This document shows, piece after piece, positions 27,092 to 33,687 of a DNA stretch of 41,046 nt; the first letter of the stretch is position 1; each line of letters starts with the position of its first letter. Position numbers and translations under genes: made by a program. Under the pieces are notes generated by a model, which was not told the DNA's origin, did no database searches, and saw only the letters and a program-made list of their open reading frames with translations. The stretch comes from a virus (taxonomy: Duplodnaviria > Caudoviricetes): the IMG/VR virus record IMGVR_UViG_3300037044_000222, positions 1 through 41,046 of that record; one strand, 5' to 3'.

Positions 27092-27772
27092 TCAGATCAG
27101 GGAAAGCTGCTGGGGCCGGCCCAACGCCGGCCCGGGAGCCGGCAAGGGGGCCTCCGCGTGCACCTGCCGCCGGATCGCCTCCCAACCGTCCCGGAGCACC
27201 AGCTTGCCCAGCTCATCATGCTGGCGGTAGTGCCCCGAAAGGAGAGTCACCAACGTGCGGCGCTCCCGGCCCTCCGGCGTGTGCGCGTCCAGGAAGACGG
27301 GCAGCATCCCGTGCCACTCGGCTTCATCGACCGTGCGCTGGGGCTGCGGCGGTTGCGGGAGCATCGCCAGCCAGGTCCAGAAGCAGTTGAGCGAACGTGG
27401 CGGCAGCCAGAGCTTGTACCGCTTGGCTTCCGCGTACAGCCGGCCCTGTTCGCTGCGCGCCCCGCGGACGGCGTGATACTCCAGCCCGCAGAACTGGGCG
27501 CTCATCCCGCGGCCGTGGTGGGTTTCCCGCCGGCACAGCGCGCCGTAGTCCCGGCGGGCGATCTCATCGAGGGCTCGGGCCAGCTCGCGCTGGGGCGGGA
27601 ACACGTCCTCGAACAGCCCGCAGATCAAGAGCGGCTTCATGCCCGAGGCCGTGAGCGCCCGCTCGGCCCGCGCCAACCCGGCCGGCCACCCCAGGCGCAG
27701 GGACTTCACCGCCACCGATTTCCAGGCCGCCTCCGACCAGCCTTCGGTGTCGCGCTTCTCCATCGTGTTCAT
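27092..27772 (-). CDS. Hypothetical helical protein with a C-terminal clamp-binding-like motif
   Basis: KS.AVKSLR.G, FED, LDAHT.EGR; ends in QQLSLI; ATGA-coupled. Confidence 0.7.
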   Translation of the reverse strand: MNTMEKRDTEGWSEAAWKSVAVKSLRLGWPAGLARAERALTASGMKPLLICGLFEDVFPPQRELARALDEIARRDYGALCRRETHHGRGMSAQFCGLEYHAVRGARSEQGRLYAEAKRYKLWLPPRSLNCFWTWLAMLPQPPQPQRTVDEAEWHGMLPVFLDAHTPEGRERRTLVTLLSGHYRQHDELGKLVLRDGWEAIRRQVHAEAPLPAPGPALGRPQQLSLI

Positions 27773-28152
27773 GCGATCTCCTCTCGTTGGGGGACACGGT
27801 ACTGCTTCGGGCACCGGGCCACGGCCTGGCACCGTTCCGGCAGCCCCCGCATCTGCGCCCGCTCCTGAGCCTGCCTGCGGGAACCTGCCCAGACGCGGCT
27901 CACGCAGATCCCGTCCACCAGGATGTCGAAGGCTTGGTCAGGCTTAAGGGATGCCTTCTTGGCCCGCGCCTGACGGATGGACTCAAACATGAGCGCCGCC
28001 CAGGTGGTGCCTGGCGGGAGCTTCAGCGGGTTCTGCCGGCGAGCACCCGACAGTGGCACGGGCCGCTCCGGGGTGGGGTTGAGCCATTCCCGGCTCAGCT
28101 CAACGGTGATGGTTGTCTCGGGCAGCTTCTGTTCTTTGCCTGTCTGGTTCAT
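27769..28152 (-). CDS. Hypothetical protein (127 aa)
   Basis: AAAGGA SD, downstream of promoter copy 2. Confidence 0.65.
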   Translation of the reverse strand: MNQTGKEQKLPETTITVELSREWLNPTPERPVPLSGARRQNPLKLPPGTTWAALMFESIRQARAKKASLKPDQAFDILVDGICVSRVWAGSRRQAQERAQMRGLPERCQAVARCPKQYRVPQREEIA

Positions 28153-28186
28153 CTTCTGTCCTTTCACTGTCCTGGTTGTTTCCACA

Positions 28187-28278
28187 GTTAAAAGGTATAC
28201 GCTGACGGCGTATAGTGACAATGGAAAAGGTGCCTGGCGCATCCGTTTGTTCCCAAGACTGGTAGGAGAGGCAGGTTA
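28187..28278 (-). promoter_or_regulatory. Promoter/operator module, copy 2
   Basis: TATACGCTGACGGCGTATA (28196-28214), GTGACAATGGAAAA, AGGCAGGTTA at 28269-28278. Confidence 0.75.
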
Positions 28279-28306
28279 CTATCCCTGAAACGACTCTCCT
28301 TACCTC

Positions 28307-29065
28307 TCAAAAGGTCCAGGGGAGGGCAATCGAGCGGGCACTGGGGTTGCGTTCCTGCTTGGTCGCCGTCCGGCTCCGCCGCTTGGGCACCACCGCCGCC
28401 CCGAAGTAGCGCTTGAGCAAGGCCGTCGCCCCTTCCTCGCCCCCGCCGGCCCGGAACTCCGCCATCCCGCCCCGCCCGGTGTACGTGTCCTTGAACCCGA
28501 ACGCGAAGCGGCCGTCCAACCAGGCATAGCGGTGGTGGTAGGCGTTGAGCAGACAGACCCAGTAGTCGTCCATCGGCAGCGTGCAGTCCTTCGGGAACCA
28601 GAGCTGGTGCCCCGCGAGGAACCCAATCGCCCCGGCCGGCGAGTACCCCCCGAACCGGAAGGGCCGGTGTTCCCGGTACGTCAACGGGTTGGCATGGCTG
28701 GCGAACCCGAAGAAGTGCGCCCCCAGTTGGCGGGCCGTGGCGGCGGCGTTCTGGATCACCTCGGCCGCCACCTCCGGCGGGGCAATCGCCGGCACCGGCG
28801 CCCCCCGGTAGCGCCAGACCCGGTAGAGCCCGATGCTGTCGTCATCGAGCTGGAAGTTGGAGGGGTACCGCTCGAGGACCCACTGCCGTTTGGCCGGCAG
28901 GCCCACCACGCTGTCGGGGTGGGTGAGGATCTGCTCGGGCGGATGGTGCCGGGCGTACGCGGCGGCCTGCGACTCGGGCACCAGCACCCGGGCGCCGGCG
29001 ACATGCCGGTGGGTCGTCACCCGGCCGGCCCGCTTGTGCGAGAGGATCAGGATCGGGATTTCCAT
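28307..29065 (-). CDS. GT-A fold glycosyltransferase of the TAGT/GREB1-like type
   Basis: ILSHKRA..VTT, V.ESQ..AY, RQWVL, QLDDD, DDYW.CL, GG.A..R motifs. Confidence 0.8.
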   Translation of the reverse strand: MEIPILILSHKRAGRVTTHRHVAGARVLVPESQAAAYARHHPPEQILTHPDSVVGLPAKRQWVLERYPSNFQLDDDSIGLYRVWRYRGAPVPAIAPPEVAAEVIQNAAATARQLGAHFFGFASHANPLTYREHRPFRFGGYSPAGAIGFLAGHQLWFPKDCTLPMDDYWVCLLNAYHHRYAWLDGRFAFGFKDTYTGRGGMAEFRAGGGEEGATALLKRYFGAAVVPKRRSRTATKQERNPSARSIALPWTF

Positions 29066-29841
29066 AGCGCGTGGAATCGGCGGAAGTCCAGGACCTGGGT
29101 CACACCCACCGTCCCCCGGCGGTCGAGCCCCTTCTGGAGGTCGAGCATCGTGCTCAGGGCTGCCCATTCCTGGCCGGTCCGGGTGAAGATCAGGACCCCG
29201 TTGTAAGCCTCGTCGATGGTCGGCACCAGTTCGTACACCCCGGCCGCCGGTTTGCCTTCCTCCTCCCCGGCCTCCAGGTCCCGCAGGATCGCCGCCATGC
29301 GTTCGGACACTCCGTCGGCTTCGAGCTGTTGGACCAGGGCGGCAAGCTGCTCCTCCCCGACCACCCCCAGCTCGGCCAGCTTGTTGTCCGCCAGCAGGTG
29401 AGCCAACTCGTCGGCCGGCGAGCCAAAGTCCTGGAACTCGACGGGCACCTGCTCGGCCCCGAGCGATTCCAGGGCGAGCAACTGGCCGTGGCCCACCACC
29501 AGGAACCCGCTGGCCTGCGAGATCACCAGCGGCCGGCGGATGCCCTGGAACCGCAGGATCTCGGCGAACAGGGCCACCTGCGGTTCGGGGTGCTTCTTGG
29601 GGTTCTGGGGATGCGGACGCACCTGGGCCGGCGGCATCAGCGTGTCGTAGCGGCAGCGGATCGGGATCGGACCGGCCGCTGCGACAATCGCGGTGACCGG
29701 GTGCGACACCCCCGCCGGAGTGTCGCACTTGGGCGCAGGCATCGGGGCGAGCGGCTGGACCTCGAGTTCAGGGCCGCCGGCATTGGCGGGAGCGGGCGTT
29801 CTGCCCCCCGCGGGGCGTGTGGGCTTCTTCGAGTTTTTCAT
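29047..29841 (-). CDS. ParB-N (ParB/Srx) domain protein
   Basis: PHPQNPKKH, G.RRPLVI, VVGHG, LLADNKLAE motifs. Confidence 0.88.
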   Translation of the reverse strand: MKNSKKPTRPAGGRTPAPANAGGPELEVQPLAPMPAPKCDTPAGVSHPVTAIVAAAGPIPIRCRYDTLMPPAQVRPHPQNPKKHPEPQVALFAEILRFQGIRRPLVISQASGFLVVGHGQLLALESLGAEQVPVEFQDFGSPADELAHLLADNKLAELGVVGEEQLAALVQQLEADGVSERMAAILRDLEAGEEEGKPAAGVYELVPTIDEAYNGVLIFTRTGQEWAALSTMLDLQKGLDRRGTVGVTQVLDFRRFHALWKSRS

Positions 29842-30334
29842 GGGACACCGTTTTTTCGGCCGTGGCGCGCGAAGTCAGGGATGGCTTTAACCCTGTCGTG
29901 GGGGGGCTGGCCAAAGAGATTTCCTCGGATGCGCCGCCGCCGTCCTTCCGCCAGTTCTTGGCCCGCTGCTGCGCGCGATTGCGCCACTCGGCCAGGCGCG
30001 ACATCTGGCCGGTGAGCTTGGCCATGTGCTCGGGCGTGACACCGCAGCGGCGGGCCAACTCCTTCACCGAGGGGCTCCCGGCGATGTTGCCCGGGTTCAG
30101 GGTCCAGGCCAGGGCGATGACCCGCAGGCCGACGATGTGGCGGACGGGGCGACCGTCGGGCAGCAGGGCCCGAAGCAGCCGGCTGAACGCGATCAGGGCC
30201 TTGGGACAGGCGCCGGGCTGCGGGGTGCCGTCGAGCCGTTCGTAGACCTCCTCGTAATCGAACTGGGCGCACCCAGCGCAGTCGGCCGGGTCGCAGTCGG
30301 GGTGCAGGCGGGTTTCGTCGAAGGGCGCTTTCAC
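29768..30334 (-). CDS. HTH protein, possible late-gene regulator
   Basis: GTGA-coupled start; SVKELARRCGVTPEHMAK helix-turn-helix. Confidence 0.6.
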   Translation of the reverse strand: MKAPFDETRLHPDCDPADCAGCAQFDYEEVYERLDGTPQPGACPKALIAFSRLLRALLPDGRPVRHIVGLRVIALAWTLNPGNIAGSPSVKELARRCGVTPEHMAKLTGQMSRLAEWRNRAQQRAKNWRKDGGGASEEISLASPPTTGLKPSLTSRATAEKTVSHEKLEEAHTPRGGQNARSRQCRRP

Positions 30335-30432
30335 TTGCGGCGACGGCGGGTCAGCAGCCACCAGCGCAGGGCGGTGGCGGTGACGGTGATCCGGAACCAG
30401 AGCCGGGACACGAGGCGACGCAGGGCATTCAT
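30331..30432 (-). CDS. Small basic/hydrophobic protein (33 aa)
   Basis: MNALRRLVSRLWFRITVTATALRWWLLTRRRRK; ATGA and GTGA overlaps on both sides. Confidence 0.6.
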   Translation of the reverse strand: MNALRRLVSRLWFRITVTATALRWWLLTRRRRK

Positions 30433-30821
30433 GGGCTGATCGAGACCACTACCCCCTCGGCCCCGCCGGTGGCAACCTGGGCGTACTCCCAGGCGACCTG
30501 GGCGTCGGCATCGTCGAGCCTGAGCCAGGCGGCGATGGCATCCCGGAGGTGCTTGCAGCCGGCGACGAGGTTGTCCCCGTCGGGCAGGAGACGGCGCCGG
30601 TGGACGACGAGCGTGACGGTGGGACGAGGCCGGCGACCGCCCGCGCCCATGCCCGCCGGGCAGCCTGGGCGTCGCGGTGGCTGCGGCTCCAGTGGGCCCC
30701 CAGGAGCCGGTTCAGCGACGGGGGCAGGTAGCCGACCCAGACGACGATGCGGCCGGGCCCAGGTTCCGGGGCTGACTTCGACATAGCCGAGGGCTTCGAG
30801 TTGAGGGCGGGTCAGGGTCAT
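30429..30821 (-). CDS. RusA-like Holliday junction resolvase, catalytic half
   Basis: DGDNLVAGCKHLRDAI....LDD motif. Confidence 0.75.
   Translation of the reverse strand: MTLTRPQLEALGYVEVSPGTWARPHRRLGRLPAPVAEPAPGGPLEPQPPRRPGCPAGMGAGGRRPRPTVTLVVHRRRLLPDGDNLVAGCKHLRDAIAAWLRLDDADAQVAWEYAQVATGGAEGVVVSISP
30449..30784 (-). CDS. Nested +1-frame ORF encoding a RusA-like N-terminal half
   Basis: IVVWVGYLPPSLNRLLGAHWSRSHR...RRAW; near-total G/C at third codon positions over about 30750-30625. Confidence 0.55.
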   Translation of the reverse strand: MSKSAPEPGPGRIVVWVGYLPPSLNRLLGAHWSRSHRDAQAARRAWARAVAGLVPPSRSSSTGAVSCPTGTTSSPAASTSGMPSPPGSGSTMPTPRSPGSTPRLPPAGPRG

Positions 30822-30830
30822 GGCGATGGC

Positions 30831-31442
30831 CTACGCCAGGGGGGCCATGTCCTCCTCGAGGTCCATGTCATCCAGGGGGTCATCGAGGGGCAGGAGGCCG
30901 GCCCGCGCGCGACGCCCCAGCTCGGCCAGCGCTTCCTCGTCGCTGACCGTGGCACGCAGTTGGTCCAGGGATTCGGTGGGGACCGCTCGGACGGTCAAAC
31001 CTTCGGCGGGCGGGTACATCACCAGGAGGGTCAGGCCGGCACCCGGCCCCGAGGTGATGGCGGGGCGAGCGCGCGCGCCGGCTCCAGGGTAGGCCCGGCG
31101 CAGGGCGACGCTGAGGCGAAGCTCGTCGATGACCTCGCGGTAGAACTGGGCTGCGAGCTCTTCGATGGGGGTGTCATGGCAGTCGGGAACAGGGTTCGTG
31201 TGCATGGTGACTCCGGGATGTTGGGTTTGAACGTTGAGGGGAGGGCGAAAGCGGGGATGGGTTGGGGGTAGGGGGCCAGCACCCTTGGCGTAAGTAAGTC
31301 CTCCTCCCTTTAGGGAGGACTTACTTACGCCGTGCTGGTGGCGAAAGGAAATAAGTATATTTGCCGCTTTTGCCGTAGCGGCGTAAGGCAGCACGGCACA
31401 AGTGGCTTTCACCGGTTTAGCGATGGGGTTTTGCCGGTTCAT
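30831..31442 (-). CDS. Hypothetical protein (alternative start at 31205)
   Basis: ATGA overlap with the primase stop; the C-terminal 124 aa are protein-like with an acidic tail. Confidence 0.55.
   Translation of the reverse strand: MNRQNPIAKPVKATCAVLPYAATAKAANILISFRHQHGVSKSSLKGGGLTYAKGAGPLPPTHPRFRPPLNVQTQHPGVTMHTNPVPDCHDTPIEELAAQFYREVIDELRLSVALRRAYPGAGARARPAITSGPGAGLTLLVMYPPAEGLTVRAVPTESLDQLRATVSDEEALAELGRRARAGLLPLDDPLDDMDLEEDMAPLA
31287..31331. other. 18-bp perfect inverted repeat, candidate replication origin
   Basis: GGCGTAAGTAAGTCCTCC-N9-GGAGGACTTACTTACGCC beside an AT-rich patch, just downstream of the primase-helicase. Confidence 0.6.
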
Positions 31443-33388
31443 GACTTGCCCTCCTGACGCAGCCACGGGGCGAGGTGTCGCTCGGCGGTGCGTTCGTGTA
31501 CCCCCCACGTCTCGGCGGCCGTCCTGATGGCTGCGGCCTTGCTGGGGAACCCCAGGGCTGCGTAGTTGGACGCCCCCCCAATGAAGGCGTTGACCATCTC
31601 CTCGCTGACCTTCGGCGGCCGGTGCGACGGCATGGCCGGGTCCGCTGCAGGCCTGGTTCTGAGCGGCCGGCGGTGGGCCATTGGATCCGCGTCCAGCGTG
31701 CGTTCCCAGACCGGGTACTGCCAGCGAACGACAAAGGGGGCGATGGGAGCAAAGTTGCGCAGGTGCATCTCGACGATCATGTGCTCGTCCTCCTGATGCG
31801 GGCTCAACGTGATGATGGCGTCCGGATCCCGGGCCCACACTCCTGACCCCGAGGCCCGGTCGATGCTCTGCTTCTCCGCGGCCGTCCCCTTGGCGAAGTG
31901 ATGGCAGAAGACCACCGTCGCGTTCGCCTCCCGGCCCACCTGCTCGAACTCGTTCATGAGCCGGCCCACGTCCTCGGCGGCGTTCTCCTGGCCTGACTGG
32001 TTCAGCTTGTAGGTCGGATCCAGGATGATCAGCCCGATCCCCTCGGTCTCGCAGTGCCGCATCAACCGCCCGCGGATCAGCGGCAGCGTCACCCCGTACC
32101 CGCGCAGGTGCCAGCTCCAGAGCGGGTAGTCGCCCACCCCGCCGCTGAGCTTGGCCTTCTCGATCTCCTGCCGGCGGTGACGGAAGGCGAAGTTCTGCAA
32201 CTCGAGGTTCACGTACAGCACCGGGACCTGCGTGGTCGGGATGCCCAACCAGCCCACGCCGCCGGCCACGCTCACGGCCAGGTCGGTCAGCAGGTACGTC
32301 TTCCGTGCCTTCGAGGGGCCGGCGATCATGCCCTTGGCCCCACGGTAGAGCACCCCCTGCACGATCTCGACCGGCGTGGGCCAGTCGGCCGCTTCCTCCT
32401 GCTCCAGGGAGAGGATGGGAGGCAGCACCGGGGAGGCCTGGGAAGCGTCCTGGGAGCCTCCGGGGAGCGTCGGAACCGACTGGGGAGAGGTAGGGGAGGC
32501 TGGGCCCGGCTCCAGGCGCCGGGGAGCCCCGTAGCCCAGTTCGGCCAGGCGCCGCGCCGCCGTGGTGAAGTCGCCGCCACACTCGAGGACGGCAAACACA
32601 TGCCAGGGCCGGTAAACGTGCTGGGCCTCGAACGCCGTCGAAGTCGTGAACACCCAGAACCGGCCCGGGACGATGTCCCACGAGGCCGAGATCCCCCGGT
32701 CCTTCCCCGGCCGGGTCCAGTAGTGCCCGCTGCCCTCGGCCCGTGTCCAACCATGCTTGAGCAACAGACCCGGCACGTCCCCACGCGCATCGAAGTCATC
32801 GCCCGGCGTGGTGGCGGCGCCGGCCGGAACCTGGGGACGAAACTCGCGGGGCTGGTGTTCGTTGAACGACCGGGCCACCGCCAAGAGATCGTCCCGCTCG
32901 TCCTCGCTCAGGCTCGGGATCGCCGACCAGTCGCCCTGGATCAGCCGGTACCCGGGCGAAGGGCAGATCAGGAAGTACCCGCCGGTTCCCCGGGTTTCGA
33001 GGAGCACTTCCTTCCGCGGGTTCTCGGCGAGCTTCAGGTTGCGGAGCTCCGCGTCACACCGCCAGACCAGGTGATAACCGCCCGAGGGTGTGCGCTGGAT
33101 GAGTAGTCGTTCGAGCAACGGCCCCAGCCCGAGGTCCTCACACCGCTGGAGCAACCGGTCCCACAGACCGGGGTCGGCGTGCTTGGTGTCCACGTCCAGG
33201 CACTGGATCTTCCCGCCCAGCACGGCGAGGGACGCCCCGTTGTCGAACCACCGCTGACACTCGGCCTCCGTCGGCAGGGTCTCGGCGTACCGGCTCCAGG
33301 CCACCCTCGGGCGCTTGTCGGGCCCGACCGGGATGCAGGCGGCCTGCTCGACCCGGAGCAGGTGCAGGGCGGTTTCGAGCGAGGTCAT
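31439..33388 (-). CDS. Bifunctional primase-polymerase (Prim-Pol) fused to an AAA_25 helicase
   Basis: KRP..W, LDVD, RTPSGGYH, ETRGTGGY...PS; GPSKARKT, IILDP, HHFAKG, SGS motifs. Confidence 0.92.
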   Translation of the reverse strand: MTSLETALHLLRVEQAACIPVGPDKRPRVAWSRYAETLPTEAECQRWFDNGASLAVLGGKIQCLDVDTKHADPGLWDRLLQRCEDLGLGPLLERLLIQRTPSGGYHLVWRCDAELRNLKLAENPRKEVLLETRGTGGYFLICPSPGYRLIQGDWSAIPSLSEDERDDLLAVARSFNEHQPREFRPQVPAGAATTPGDDFDARGDVPGLLLKHGWTRAEGSGHYWTRPGKDRGISASWDIVPGRFWVFTTSTAFEAQHVYRPWHVFAVLECGGDFTTAARRLAELGYGAPRRLEPGPASPTSPQSVPTLPGGSQDASQASPVLPPILSLEQEEAADWPTPVEIVQGVLYRGAKGMIAGPSKARKTYLLTDLAVSVAGGVGWLGIPTTQVPVLYVNLELQNFAFRHRRQEIEKAKLSGGVGDYPLWSWHLRGYGVTLPLIRGRLMRHCETEGIGLIILDPTYKLNQSGQENAAEDVGRLMNEFEQVGREANATVVFCHHFAKGTAAEKQSIDRASGSGVWARDPDAIITLSPHQEDEHMIVEMHLRNFAPIAPFVVRWQYPVWERTLDADPMAHRRPLRTRPAADPAMPSHRPPKVSEEMVNAFIGGASNYAALGFPSKAAAIRTAAETWGVHERTAERHLAPWLRQEGKS

Positions 33389-33591
33389 GTGAACATCTCC
33401 CCCAGACCGCGCGCGTAGAGCTTGGCCAGGTGGAACGAGACCACCGGCTGGCTCCGCGACCGCTTCGGCCGGATCGTCAGCGTCCCGTTCGGGTGGAGGG
33501 TGAAGACCAGCGCCGGATTGACGCCGTGCGGCGTCTGCTTCGGATCGCACTCGACGGCGCGAACCAGTTGTTTTCTTCGGATCGTGGTCAT
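33385..33591 (-). CDS. Hypothetical protein (68 aa)
   Basis: GAGG SD; ATGA-coupled to the primase. Confidence 0.7.
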   Translation of the reverse strand: MTTIRRKQLVRAVECDPKQTPHGVNPALVFTLHPNGTLTIRPKRSRSQPVVSFHLAKLYARGLGEMFT

Positions 33592-33594
33592 ACC

Positions 33595-33687
33595 TCAGAG
33601 CTCTCCCGGCCACAGCAGGGCCATCACCCCTCCCGCCACCACACCCAGCAGCAGGAGGACAAAGACCGCGAGGATCACGCTGCCCAT
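33595..33687 (-). CDS. 30-aa single-pass membrane peptide
   Basis: MGSVILAVFVLLLLGVVAGGVMALLWPGEL with GGAGG SD; fills the gap between neighbours. Confidence 0.65.
   Translation of the reverse strand: MGSVILAVFVLLLLGVVAGGVMALLWPGEL

Noticed and set aside
29701-29728. Inverted repeat GTGCGACAC/GTGTCGCAC in the ParB gene as a parS site
   Set aside because: Single copy with a long spacer, and the ParB-N protein lacks an HTH
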